From assembly GCA_963727625.1 (NCBI GenBank), contig CAVSHR010000005.1:832001-896000 (forward strand): a DNA stretch of 64,000 bases, in the 5' to 3' direction. The notes below the pieces were generated by a model, which saw only the letters and a list, made by a program, of their open reading frames with translations, did not search any database and was not told the origin of the DNA. A program made the position numbers and the translations under genes. Numbering within the stretch: the first letter of the stretch is position 1; the number at the start of each line of letters is the position of its first letter. Source of the DNA: an uncultured delta proteobacterium (lineage in GTDB: Bacteria; Desulfobacterota; Binatia; UBA9968). Of this stretch, positions 49,582-59,795 are shown piece by piece.

Positions 49582-50625
49582 ATGTCATCCTATCTATACG
49601 TTGGAACCGATGAGGGCGTGGTCACGCTCAAGAGCGAAGACGGCCGGGCCTGGAAACAGGAACATCACGGCTTGAAAGACTGGGCCATACCGGAAGTCGC
49701 GGTCTCGCCTGCCGCGCCGAATAAAGTTTTCGCGGGCACCCGCGGCGACGGCGTGTGGCTGAGCGAAGATTTCGGCGCGACCTGGAAGAAGCCCTGCTAC
49801 GGCAAGCGCGGCCCGGGCAAAGTGCGTTGCTTGACCTTCGATCCGAAGGACAGCCAAACACTCTACGCCGGCACCGAGCCCATCGATGTTTTCGTCAGTC
49901 ATGACGAAGCCAAGAGCTGGGCGCGCCTGGATTCTATTTGGAACGTTCCCTGGGTGTCCACGGTTACCTATCCGGTGGCCGCCGTGGAGCCGCACGTGCG
50001 CGACATCACCATCGACCCGAAAGACACCAAGACCATGTACGTCGCCCTGCAAGTCGGCTACATGCTCAAGACCACCGACGGCGGCTGCAACTGGCAGCTT
50101 TTGAATGAAAACTTGGATTGCGACGTTCACACCATCGTACTTCATCCCGACGACAGCGAGAAAATTTTTATCGCCACCGGCGGGCACGACTGCCGCGCCG
50201 GTCGCGCGCCGGGCCGCGCGCTTTACTCCAGCCAAGACGGGGGCAAGCATTGGACGCCGATGGCGGCCGAGTTCAAAGAGGAATATTCCGTGCCATTGAC
50301 GATCCACCCGAAAAAATCCAACGTGCTTTACTCCGCTGTGGCAAACGGCCAGCCCGGCGCTTGGCGCAAGCGCCCTTCAGGCGCCGAGGCGTTTTTGATC
50401 CAGTCTACCGACGGCGGCAAGAGCTGGGAGAAGCTCGAAGGCGAAGTTTCCAAAGCAAATAAAAGCTTCGTTGAAAGTTTTGCCTTCGATCCGAGCGATG
50501 CCGATCGCATGTACGCGGCACAGCGGAGCGGCGACCTCTTCGGCAGCGAAGACAGCGGCGCGAGCTGGTTCAAACTGAATCTAAACGTACCGCAGCTTTC
50601 GGATCTGAAGGCGGCACACACTTAA
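49582..50625 (+). CDS. BNR/Asp-box beta-propeller protein
   Basis: Repeated SxDxGxxW boxes. Confidence 0.85.
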   Translation: MSSYLYVGTDEGVVTLKSEDGRAWKQEHHGLKDWAIPEVAVSPAAPNKVFAGTRGDGVWLSEDFGATWKKPCYGKRGPGKVRCLTFDPKDSQTLYAGTEPIDVFVSHDEAKSWARLDSIWNVPWVSTVTYPVAAVEPHVRDITIDPKDTKTMYVALQVGYMLKTTDGGCNWQLLNENLDCDVHTIVLHPDDSEKIFIATGGHDCRAGRAPGRALYSSQDGGKHWTPMAAEFKEEYSVPLTIHPKKSNVLYSAVANGQPGAWRKRPSGAEAFLIQSTDGGKSWEKLEGEVSKANKSFVESFAFDPSDADRMYAAQRSGDLFGSEDSGASWFKLNLNVPQLSDLKAAHT

Positions 50626-50650
50626 GGCAGCACACTGGCAGGACCAAACC

Positions 50651-50678
50651 TTGAACTCTTGAACCTTGAACGTGGAAC
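50651..50678. repeat. TTGAAC tandem units
   Basis: Three exact and one degenerate unit just before the dioxygenase start. Confidence 0.6.
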
Positions 50679-50688
50679 GAAATTTCTT

Positions 50689-51591
50689 ATGGCAACCCTA
50701 GTAGGCTGCGCGGCCATGTCCCATGCGCCGCAGTTGATGCTCAACCCCGATCACTGGCACCTGCTCAAAAACCGCGAGAGTGAGCACTTGCCCGAGAAAC
50801 CCGGCTTGGAGCGGGAAACCGCCGAGGTCAAGTGGTCCAAATGGAACGGCTGCATGGCGGCCATCGCCAAGCTGCGCGACAGGGTCGAACAGATCAATCC
50901 CGATATTCTGATGGTAATCGGCGACGACCAGCACGAAAATCTCGTCGACGACAACATGCCTCCGTTCACGATTTTCATCGGCGAAGAAGCCGAAGCGAGC
51001 ACCAGTCTGCGCTACTTGAACCAGCCCAAGTCGGAGAACCGCACCAGCTATCGCGTCGATGCTTCGCTCGCAAAATCCTTGGTCGACGGGCTGATGGACC
51101 AAGGATTCGACCCATCTTATTCCAAACGTACGCGCTACGACGGCGGTCTCGGCCATGCGTTCGCCCGAGTGCTAAAATTTTTGAGCCCGCAAGCGAACTA
51201 TCCGGTGATTCCGGTGATGGTGAACACATACTATCCACCGGCGCCGTCGGCCAAACGCTGCGTTGCGTTCGGCAGGGCGCTCGGCGAAGTCATACGCCGG
51301 CTTCCCGATGACAAACGGATCATGATCGTCGCTTCCGGCGGCCTCAGCCACACCACCATCGACGAGAATCTGGATCACGCATTCATCCAGGCCTTGGAGC
51401 AAAACGACCAGAGTTACATGGCCGCCATGCGCGCCGCGGATTTGGTCGAAGGGACTTCCGAGATTCGCAATTGGATCGTCGTCGCGGCCGCCGCCGACCG
51501 GCCCGGGAAGCTCGTCGATTATTTCCCGCTTTACCGTACCACCACCGGCATCGGTTGCGCCATGGGCTTCGCCCACTGGGATTGCGCCTGA
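50689..51591 (+). CDS. LigB-like class III extradiol dioxygenase
   Basis: SHAP, GDDQ.EN, GHAF, ASGGLSH, EIRNW. Confidence 0.88.
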   Translation: MATLVGCAAMSHAPQLMLNPDHWHLLKNRESEHLPEKPGLERETAEVKWSKWNGCMAAIAKLRDRVEQINPDILMVIGDDQHENLVDDNMPPFTIFIGEEAEASTSLRYLNQPKSENRTSYRVDASLAKSLVDGLMDQGFDPSYSKRTRYDGGLGHAFARVLKFLSPQANYPVIPVMVNTYYPPAPSAKRCVAFGRALGEVIRRLPDDKRIMIVASGGLSHTTIDENLDHAFIQALEQNDQSYMAAMRAADLVEGTSEIRNWIVVAAAADRPGKLVDYFPLYRTTTGIGCAMGFAHWDCA

Positions 51592-51726
51592 TGTTTAATC
51601 CGCCGTTAGTGTAGTGGAATTAAAGTTTGTTAAACAATTTATCCGGCGTACTCCTTGTGATTGAAAGTCCGCGCGGCGCCGATAAATTTTACGACAATTC
51701 ATAACGCGGGGAACGGGGGACTTACC

Positions 51727-51799
51727 CGCGCCAAGACGCCGAGAACGCAAAGTTCGGAGTCGTAGTTTTTCCTGGAGGTTTTTTGCGCCTTTGCGCGAG
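51727..51799. repeat. REP-like imperfect inverted repeat (CGCAAAG/CTTTGCG units)
   Basis: cgcgccaagacgccgagaacgcaaag ... tttgcgcctttgcgcg. Confidence 0.5.
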
Positions 51800-51931
51800 C
51801 CATTCCGAAAATCAGTTGTGGCTCTGCCGCGCTGTATTACCGTCATGTCGGTGAAAACGGGTGTCTCTTCTCGGCCTGCTGGCTGTTGCTTCCATGCCCT
51901 TTCGTCCCTTGCGCCGTTCGTGTAGAAGCAT

Positions 51932-53263
51932 TTGTTGATGAGCGACATGTCGAATTCTCCGGCGGCTCCGTCAGGCCGGCTCGCCGCCTTTCACTACCGC
52001 GACTTCAGGCTTTTTTGGCTGAGCTTGTTCATCTCCAACATCGGCACCTGGATGCAGATGACGGCGACCAACTGGCTGTTGTATGAACTCACCGGTTCAC
52101 CGCTGAAGCTCGGCCTCAACGGCGTCTTTCGCGCGATTCCGGCGATCGCGCTCGGCTTGATCAGCGGCACCTTCGCCGATCGATACGATCGCAGAAAGCT
52201 GCTGCTTGGGACCCAACTCGTCTTGGCCGGACTCAGTCTCACCCTCGGCCTCCTCGACTACGCCGGCCATATTCAAGCCTGGCAGATTTATCTCTTTACC
52301 TTTATCAGCTCGTCGGTGGGCTCTTTCGACGGTCCGGCGCGCCAGGCGCTCTTTCCGTCACTGGTGCCGCGCGCGGTTTTGCCCAACGCCGTAGCGCTCA
52401 ATTCGCTTTTGTGGAAGGGCGCCGCCTTGCTTGGCCCCACCCTCGGCGGCATCGCGATTGCTGCCATGGGTACGTCCGGCGCGTTCTTTGCCAACGCCGC
52501 CAGTTTTCTAGCCGTCGTGATTGCTTTGATGCTGATGCGCGCGACTTCGCCGGCGCAGGAAAAACGACGCGACTTCCTCGGCGAGACCAAAGCCGGCTTC
52601 TCCTACATCGTCTCCCAGCCGATTATTCTCGGGCTCACCGTGATGGAGGCCTTCGCTTCGGTTTTCGGCCTGGATCACGCCATGCTGACGATTTTTGCCA
52701 GCGACGTTTTTCGCGTCGGCGCATCGGGCTTTGGCTTCTTGTTATCGGCACGCGGCGTCGGCGCCGTGGTCGGCTCGAGCGTCTTCATCGCCATGGGGCA
52801 GCGCGCCGCTCAGGGCAAGATGCTTTTCATCTCGGCGATCCTGTACGGCGCCGGCTTCGCCGTTTTCGGCCTGTCGCCTTCTTTTACCTCGGCGTTGATC
52901 CTGCTCGCCTTCGTCGGCGCCACGGATACCATCTGGAGCGCTGCCCGCAGCACGATATTGCAAATGCTCACACCGGAAAGGTATCGTGGCCGGGTCATGG
53001 GTGTGTTCCAGTTGAGCAATCGCGGCCTGCATCCGCTCGGGCAGATGGAAACCGGCCTCGTCGTGCCGCTCATCGGCGCGCGCGAAGCGACGGTGCTGGG
53101 CGGCGTGATTGTGACGTTCATGACGTTACTGACCGTCTGGCGGGTGCCGGTGATCCGCCGTTTTAGTTGGGACAAGGAAATGATGGAATCCGACGAACCG
53201 GAAGCCGGCAAAGACAAGGCTGCGAGTGAGCTCAATCGAGCCACGGCGCAGACGGAACGCTAA
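51932..53263 (+). CDS. MFS transporter (MFS_3/EntS-like)
   Basis: DFRLFW, SNIGTWMQ, ADRYDRRK, RGRVMG. Confidence 0.92.
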   Translation: MLMSDMSNSPAAPSGRLAAFHYRDFRLFWLSLFISNIGTWMQMTATNWLLYELTGSPLKLGLNGVFRAIPAIALGLISGTFADRYDRRKLLLGTQLVLAGLSLTLGLLDYAGHIQAWQIYLFTFISSSVGSFDGPARQALFPSLVPRAVLPNAVALNSLLWKGAALLGPTLGGIAIAAMGTSGAFFANAASFLAVVIALMLMRATSPAQEKRRDFLGETKAGFSYIVSQPIILGLTVMEAFASVFGLDHAMLTIFASDVFRVGASGFGFLLSARGVGAVVGSSVFIAMGQRAAQGKMLFISAILYGAGFAVFGLSPSFTSALILLAFVGATDTIWSAARSTILQMLTPERYRGRVMGVFQLSNRGLHPLGQMETGLVVPLIGAREATVLGGVIVTFMTLLTVWRVPVIRRFSWDKEMMESDEPEAGKDKAASELNRATAQTER

Positions 53264-53344
53264 GCCGATCCAATCCCAGACCGGCCCTGAAAATTTATCG
53301 GAATGAAATCGCGGGACATCTCATCGACTCCGGCGCGGGAGCTG

Positions 53345-54460
53345 CTAATCGCCGCGCGGCCAAATCGAAATGCTTTCCGGTTTGAGATCGAGAAAAACCT
53401 TGCCGCCCGGCTTCAGTTGGCGCGCTTCGGGTGAGCCTATAACGTGGCTTTCGTCTCCCAGGGTCACCGTATATTCGTAGCGGTCACCGAGAAACTGCAC
53501 CGACTGTAAAATGGATTCGACCCGGTTGATTTGGCCCTCGCGCCGCTCGGCCGACAAGCTGACCTGTTCCGGACGAATCGCCACCATCACGCCCTGCCCC
53601 ACCGCCGGAAAACCGTTGGCTGTCGAAGCGACGTTGCGGCGCTCGAGAATCAGTGGCGCGGCGGCGACCCCGGGAACTTCCACGTTGACCAGTTGCTCGG
53701 AAAGCGCGATCACTTTTCCCGGCAATAAAAAGGTCTTCCCCAAAAAATCGCGCACAAACGGGGTGGCTGGATGATAGTAAACTTCCTCCGGCGTACCCAC
53801 CTGTTCGAGCACGCCGAATTTCATGATCGCGATGCGGTCCGACAGGCTCAGCGCTTCGATCTGGTCGTGGGTGACAAAGATCACCGTCACGTTGACTCGT
53901 TGTTGCAAAGCCTTTAATTCCCGGCGCATCTCTTCGCGCAGTTGCGCGTCGAGATTGCTCAGCGGTTCATCGAGCAGCAGGACCTTGGGCGAGAAAACCA
54001 GGGCGCGCGCCAGCGCGACGCGCTGCTGCTGCCCGCCGCTCAGCGCCGGCGCCGGACGCTCTTCGAGCCCGGACAGGCCTACTAGATTGAGCACCTCGGC
54101 CACCTTGGCCCTAATCTCGGCTCGGCTGGTGCCGCGAAGCTTGAGCGGATAGGAAACATTTTCGAACACCGTCATGTGCGGCCAGAGCGCGTAGGACTGA
54201 AACACCATGCCCATGTCGCGCTTTTCCGGCTTGATGTAGATTTTTTCGTCGGGACTCGCCAGACAGCGCTCGCCCAGATAGATCGCGCCGCCGTCGGGCT
54301 TTTCCAGGCCGCCGACCATGCGCAGGGTGGTCGTCTTGCCGCAGCCGCTCGAGCCGAGCAAGGTGAAAAACTCCCCTTCGGCGATTTCCAGATTGATCCG
54401 GTTGACCGCGACCACACGGTCGAAGCTCTTGGTGAGATTTTCAATGCGCAATAAACCCAC
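53345..54460 (-). CDS. ABC transporter ATP-binding protein (FbpC/PotA-like)
   Basis: GSSGCGKT, LSGGQQQR, LLLDEP, TOBE-like tail. Confidence 0.95.
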   Translation of the reverse strand: MGLLRIENLTKSFDRVVAVNRINLEIAEGEFFTLLGSSGCGKTTTLRMVGGLEKPDGGAIYLGERCLASPDEKIYIKPEKRDMGMVFQSYALWPHMTVFENVSYPLKLRGTSRAEIRAKVAEVLNLVGLSGLEERPAPALSGGQQQRVALARALVFSPKVLLLDEPLSNLDAQLREEMRRELKALQQRVNVTVIFVTHDQIEALSLSDRIAIMKFGVLEQVGTPEEVYYHPATPFVRDFLGKTFLLPGKVIALSEQLVNVEVPGVAAAPLILERRNVASTANGFPAVGQGVMVAIRPEQVSLSAERREGQINRVESILQSVQFLGDRYEYTVTLGDESHVIGSPEARQLKPGGKVFLDLKPESISIWPRGD

Positions 54461-54484
54461 GTACGGCTCCCTGAATGAAGATGA

Positions 54485-56221
54485 TTACTCGGCCCGGATA
54501 CCGACCTTGAGGCCAAACGAGCGCGCGATGATGGCGAGGCCCAAAGTGAGCAGCGTGATCAGAATGATGGTGATGCTGGCGACCTCCCGGTAACCCGCGG
54601 CAACCTGGTCGAGCGCGAGCAGCGACAAAGTCCGAGTCTCCGAAGTCGCCAGCAAAATAATCGCCGAGTTGTGCTGCGCCGCGAACATGAATTTGATGAC
54701 CCCCACCAGCACCATCGTCTGCGCCATCAACGGGAATACGACGCGCAAGTAAGTGCGCCAAAAACCGGCGCCGGACATGCGCGAAGCCTCTTCGAGCTCT
54801 TTGCCGAGCTGGAGAAAGTTCGCCTTGAGAATCTGCGTGGCCAGGGTGACCCCGCCGAGCACCTGGGCGATGACCAGCAGCACGAGGGTGCCGTAAAACG
54901 GCCGGAAAAACGGCGTGCCGAGAAACATCCACAAAAGCCCGAGGCCGGACAACACTCCGGGAATCGCCGACGGCAGCCAGCAAATCGAGTCGAGCACCGA
55001 GCGGCCGGGAAGCTTGGTTCGCACCAGGACGTAGCCTATTAATGAAAAGGCCAGCGCGCCGAACACGCCGGCGCTCACCGCGACGATCAAGGTGTTCTGC
55101 AGCCCCTGGATGATGCGCGGATCCTTGAGCGCGGCAATCCAGTATTCCAGGGTCCAGGTCTTGGGTAGATGGAAGAAGCCGAACCGGGTCATGAAGCTGC
55201 CGCCGAGCACGCTCAGGAGCGGCACCACGTCGAGGATGAAAATCACCAGCGCGACAAACGCGGTGGCGGGATAACGCCACACGCCCAGATCGACGGTCTT
55301 GGTTTTGAAATGGCCGGTTACCGTGGTGAACTGCCGGCGCGTGATCAGCCGGCGCTGCAGCGGAATGAAAGCGACCAGGAAGACCAGAATAACGCTGCCC
55401 AGCGCCGCGGCTTGATTGACCAGGGGCGGCTCCTGGCGCGCCAGATCGACAATCTTGGTCGAATAAACGTAGAAGCTCCAGGGCACGCCGAGCAATAGCT
55501 CGATCTCAAAGCTGCTGAAGATGCGGATCACGCTTAACAGGAAAACCACCACGATCACCGGCGTCATGGCCGGCACCGTGATCCGTAACAGCGTGGTAAA
55601 GGCGTTGGCTCCCGACATCCGGCTCGCCTCTTCCATCGAGGCGTCCATGCGCCGAAACGCCGGGGTCAAAAGCATGACCTTGGTGGATATGCCGTGGCTG
55701 ACCAGATGCACCCAAATGATCCCGGCAAACGAATAGATGTCGAAATTGAGACCGCTCAAAAACGGCACATCACGCAACCACGAGTTGATCAATCCCGTGC
55801 TCGGGTCGAGCATCAGCATCCAGCCAAAGGTGGTCGCCAGGCCGGGGAGGAAAAAAGATATCCAGAAGCCGAACTCCAGCGCGTTGCCAAATAAAATGTT
55901 GGTGCGCGCTAAAAGCCAGGAGACAAAAATCCCCAGCGGCAGGGAGACCACCTGCAAGACCACACCGATCTTTATGCTGTGCCATAGCGAGCGCCAGATG
56001 CCCGGCTCGCTGAACGCTTCGCGCCAGGCCCCTAACCCATAGACCGGCGGCTCGGCGATCGTCGCCGTATTGAAGCTGTTGATGATGATCAACGCCAACG
56101 GATAGATGACATAGAACCCCATGAAGCCGATCAACAGCGCCATCAGCGCCGTCCCGCCGTCCAGCGGCGGCAGCCAGCTCCGCGCCGGTAACGCGCCAGT
56201 TACGCTTTCGGTCTTTGCCAT
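54485..56221 (-). CDS. ABC transporter permease (FbpB-like, duplicated domain)
   Basis: Two EEASRMSGA EAA loops. Confidence 0.93.
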   Translation of the reverse strand: MAKTESVTGALPARSWLPPLDGGTALMALLIGFMGFYVIYPLALIIINSFNTATIAEPPVYGLGAWREAFSEPGIWRSLWHSIKIGVVLQVVSLPLGIFVSWLLARTNILFGNALEFGFWISFFLPGLATTFGWMLMLDPSTGLINSWLRDVPFLSGLNFDIYSFAGIIWVHLVSHGISTKVMLLTPAFRRMDASMEEASRMSGANAFTTLLRITVPAMTPVIVVVFLLSVIRIFSSFEIELLLGVPWSFYVYSTKIVDLARQEPPLVNQAAALGSVILVFLVAFIPLQRRLITRRQFTTVTGHFKTKTVDLGVWRYPATAFVALVIFILDVVPLLSVLGGSFMTRFGFFHLPKTWTLEYWIAALKDPRIIQGLQNTLIVAVSAGVFGALAFSLIGYVLVRTKLPGRSVLDSICWLPSAIPGVLSGLGLLWMFLGTPFFRPFYGTLVLLVIAQVLGGVTLATQILKANFLQLGKELEEASRMSGAGFWRTYLRVVFPLMAQTMVLVGVIKFMFAAQHNSAIILLATSETRTLSLLALDQVAAGYREVASITIILITLLTLGLAIIARSFGLKVGIRAE

Positions 56222-56305
56222 AGAGTAATGCGCTGGAAGCGCCCGCGAGTTCTATCGTCGTTGCGCCGTGAATTCAAGCGAGCTATCGACTCGGTCTCCT
56301 GCAAT

Positions 56306-57406
56306 CTATTTATCCGTGCAGCCCGGGTGGTACGGCATGTTGCAATGCGCGCCGACTTTTTTCATCGCCGCTTCGAACTCTTTGTGAATCTGCGGATTCT
56401 CGTCTTCAAACTCAATCTGGCCGCCGCCCTCCTTGATGCTCGTATAAGTGCCGCCTTCGCCGTCCTGCATGCGCATGAAGCGAAACTTCCAGCTGCCCCA
56501 GCGCAGCGCTAGATAGCGCGCCGGCGTGGAGCCGGAATTGAAATGCTGGTGGAACCACTGATCCGGCGGCACCACCACGCTGCCCGGCCTCCAGTCGACC
56601 CGCTGGATCGCCTCGCCTTCCGGCCACAGCACCGAATAGCCCTGGCCGCCGAGAATTATCACATGCGCGCCGGGACCATGCTTGTGACCCTTCTTATATG
56701 TCCCGACCGGAAACTCCGAGATATGGGCGCACATGGTCTGGCCGGCGAGATTGAACTTCATGTTGGTGCTGCCCTTGCCGCGTTCGCTGTAGTCGGCCAG
56801 GCCGATGCTGTGGGTGTCGGGCACGAAGTTGGTCGTCATGAAGAAACGGCCGGTGACTTCGCCCTGGCCGCTGAAGTAGCCTTCGGTGGCGGGATCGAAA
56901 CGGTCGGTAAACGCGAAATCGTCGCCGAAAATAAAATCGACATTGTGAAACAAATTCATCATGAAACAGGAATTGGTCACGGCGAAATAGCGCGCCGTCT
57001 CGGTACCGCTGGCGTTGAAATGTTGATAGTGCGCGTTGATCGGCACGGCGAACAAACTGCCCGGTCCCCATTCAAAAGTGTGTTTCTTGCCGTCTTTCTG
57101 CCACACCGAGGTCGCGCCGTAGCCCTTGGTCACATAAACCATTTCTTCGTAAAGATGCTTCTGCGCCTTGGTCTTGCCGGCGGCAGGAATCTCGCAAACG
57201 TAGCCGTCGTTGATGCCGCCCGTGCCGTCGAGCACGACGAAGGAACAAGGCACCCCCTTCAAATCCCAGGGTTCGACCTCGACCTTGTTCAAGTCTTCGA
57301 CAAAAAAGCCGCGCACCACGGGGATCTTCTGCGCTGCCTGCCAGTTCTTATAAGTATCGATGCGCGCGGGTTTAAGATCCGCTGCTTGCTGTTGAGATTC
57401 CGCCAC
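56306..57406 (-). CDS. Bicupin protein
   Basis: QKHLYEE...YQHFN and GHKHGPG...WFHQHFN. Confidence 0.85.
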   Translation of the reverse strand: MAESQQQAADLKPARIDTYKNWQAAQKIPVVRGFFVEDLNKVEVEPWDLKGVPCSFVVLDGTGGINDGYVCEIPAAGKTKAQKHLYEEMVYVTKGYGATSVWQKDGKKHTFEWGPGSLFAVPINAHYQHFNASGTETARYFAVTNSCFMMNLFHNVDFIFGDDFAFTDRFDPATEGYFSGQGEVTGRFFMTTNFVPDTHSIGLADYSERGKGSTNMKFNLAGQTMCAHISEFPVGTYKKGHKHGPGAHVIILGGQGYSVLWPEGEAIQRVDWRPGSVVVPPDQWFHQHFNSGSTPARYLALRWGSWKFRFMRMQDGEGGTYTSIKEGGGQIEFEDENPQIHKEFEAAMKKVGAHCNMPYHPGCTDK

Positions 57407-57475
57407 CGACGGCCCTCCCTAAATATTCGAAGCTAGAGGAATAGCTCCTGTCCGACACGATCGGCGATCCGAGCG

Positions 57476-58579
57476 CTATTTCTGCGTGCACCCCGGGTGA
57501 TAGGGCATATTGCATTTCGCGCCGGCGGCTTTCATCGCCGCTTCGAAGTCTTTGTGGATTTGCGGATCTTCGTCTTCGAACTCGATCTGGTTGCCGCCGA
57601 GTTTCAAGCTCGTGTAAGTGCCGCCTTCGCCATCCTGTGAGCGCATGAATCGATAGCGCCAGTTGTTCCAGCGCAGAGCCAGATAGCGCGCCGGCGCGGC
57701 GCCGGAATTAAAATGCTGATGAAACCATTGATCCGGCGGCACCACCACGCTACCCGGCCCCCAATCGACACGCTCGGTCGGCTCGCCGTCTTTCCACAGG
57801 ATCGAATAACCTTGGCCGGAAAGAATAATGACATGGGCGCCAGGACCATGGCGATGGCCTTTCTTGTAAGTGCCCACCGGAAACTCCGAGATATGCGCGC
57901 CCATGGTATTGCGCGCCAGATCGAACTTCATGTTGGTGCTGCCCTTGCCGCGCTCGCTGTAGTCCGTGAGCTTGATGGTGTGCGTGTCCGGCACGAAGTT
58001 GGTCGTCATGAAGAAACGGCCGGTGATCTGCCCCTCGCCGTTGAAGTAACCTTCGGTGTGCGGATCGAAGCGGTCGGTAAAAACATAATCGCTGTTAAAG
58101 ATGTAATCGGCATTGTGGAATAGGTTCATCATGAAACAAGAGTTGGTCACCGCGAAATAACGCGCAGCTTCACTGCCACTAGCGTTAAAGTGTTGGTAGT
58201 CGGCATTGATCGGAATCGCGAACATACTGCCCGGCCCCCACTCGAAAGTGTGTTTTTTCTTGCCGTCGCGCTGCCATACCGTGGTCGCGCCGTAGCCTTT
58301 GGAGACGTAGACCATCTCTTCGTACATATGTTTCTGGGGCGTGGTCTTGCCGCCGGCGGGTATCTCGCAAACGTAGCCATCGTTGGTGCCGCCGGTGCCG
58401 TCGAGCACGACGAAGGAACAAGGCACGCCTTTTAAATCCCAATGCTCCACGGGCACCTGATTGACGTCCTTTACAAAGAAACCGCGAATGCAAGGAATCT
58501 TCTGCTCCGCCTGCCACACTTTATAAGTATCGAGCCGCTCCGGTTTAAGGTCGGACGCTTGCTGTGGAGATTGGGCCAT
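57476..58579 (-). CDS. Bicupin protein (tandem paralog)
   Basis: Colinear and highly similar to 56306-57406. Confidence 0.85.
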   Translation of the reverse strand: MAQSPQQASDLKPERLDTYKVWQAEQKIPCIRGFFVKDVNQVPVEHWDLKGVPCSFVVLDGTGGTNDGYVCEIPAGGKTTPQKHMYEEMVYVSKGYGATTVWQRDGKKKHTFEWGPGSMFAIPINADYQHFNASGSEAARYFAVTNSCFMMNLFHNADYIFNSDYVFTDRFDPHTEGYFNGEGQITGRFFMTTNFVPDTHTIKLTDYSERGKGSTNMKFDLARNTMGAHISEFPVGTYKKGHRHGPGAHVIILSGQGYSILWKDGEPTERVDWGPGSVVVPPDQWFHQHFNSGAAPARYLALRWNNWRYRFMRSQDGEGGTYTSLKLGGNQIEFEDEDPQIHKDFEAAMKAAGAKCNMPYHPGCTQK

Positions 58580-58613
58580 TTAGATTGTCCCCTTCAATAG
58601 ACTGATTTCGAAT

Positions 58614-59786
58614 CTAAGCCACCTTCTGCGGCGGCCGCTCGCCGAACAGGCCGATTCGCTCGTTGATCACATCGAGTTCGATCAGCCGATTCCTGACCGG
58701 ATCACGCACCAAGCCCATCGGCTCGCCGCCTTTTCCAACGATGTCGATCTGCTCGTGCAAGATTTTTCTCAGCAGGATGATTCCCTCGTCGCCGACCCCG
58801 AGGTGCTCCTGGGTGCGATCGGTGGGCGCCCCTTGGGTTTCCCAGGCCATCGCATCCTGGACGAGAACTTGATCCAAGCGATACTCGCCGTGTTCGTCGC
58901 GGATCGGGAAATACTCCCAGGGCGTATCGCCGTCGGCCGGCGATCGATCCGTATCGTTGGGCGTGAAATAGACCACGAAGACCTGGGTGTGCGCATCGTC
59001 CACCGGCACGCGAATTTGCAGATTATGGAGCAGGTTGCCGCTCAACAGCCGGTCGCGAAACACATGGCGCAAAGTGATCGGGAAGAGCAGTGGATGCTGG
59101 TCGACAACCGGAGGATCGCCGGCCTTTTTGCCGGGCGTGACGCGCCGCTTGAAAATGCCGAACTCGAAGGGGATGAATTTGTGATCTTCCTCGTAATGGT
59201 CCACCGTGGGCGCCAAATGGGCGGTCTCGCCGTGGAGCCAATACAGGTGCGACGGGTCCACGGAGTTCTCCATCGGCTGGAGCCAATTACAGTTGTAGAT
59301 TTCATGCTTCTGGACCAGGCGCTTACCATTTTCCCAGCTGAGCACGTCCCAGCGCGGCAATAGCGGCCTCGGCTCCGGGCCCATATAGGTCCAGATCAAT
59401 CCGCCCAAGCGTTCGGCGGGGTACGCCGTGTGTTTAATTTTTTCCTTAAATCCACCGTCGGCGGGCTCGGCGGGCTGCTCCAAGCACTTGCCCCTGCCAT
59501 CGAACTTCCAGCCATGATACGGGCAGCGAATACCTTCTTTGTCCACGCGGCCAAACGCCAGTGACGCCTTGCGGTGCGGGCATTGCTCGCCCACCACGCC
59601 GTAGCGGCCCGACTGATCACGATAGACAACGAGATCCTCGCCCAGTATTCGCGCAGACTTGATCGGCTTCTTCTCTGTCAATTCACCAGCGCAGGCAATC
59701 GGCATCCAGTAGCGGCGCAATAACTCGCCGCAAGGCGTGCCGCGCCCGACACTGGTGAGCCGCTTGTTTTCTTCGTGCGTCAGCAT
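58614..59786 (-). CDS. Rieske oxygenase alpha subunit
   Basis: CPHRKA...CPYHGW; ENSVDPSHLYWLH; QDAMAWETQG. Confidence 0.92.
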   Translation of the reverse strand: MLTHEENKRLTSVGRGTPCGELLRRYWMPIACAGELTEKKPIKSARILGEDLVVYRDQSGRYGVVGEQCPHRKASLAFGRVDKEGIRCPYHGWKFDGRGKCLEQPAEPADGGFKEKIKHTAYPAERLGGLIWTYMGPEPRPLLPRWDVLSWENGKRLVQKHEIYNCNWLQPMENSVDPSHLYWLHGETAHLAPTVDHYEEDHKFIPFEFGIFKRRVTPGKKAGDPPVVDQHPLLFPITLRHVFRDRLLSGNLLHNLQIRVPVDDAHTQVFVVYFTPNDTDRSPADGDTPWEYFPIRDEHGEYRLDQVLVQDAMAWETQGAPTDRTQEHLGVGDEGIILLRKILHEQIDIVGKGGEPMGLVRDPVRNRLIELDVINERIGLFGERPPQKVA

Positions 59787-59795
59787 GCTGCTTCC

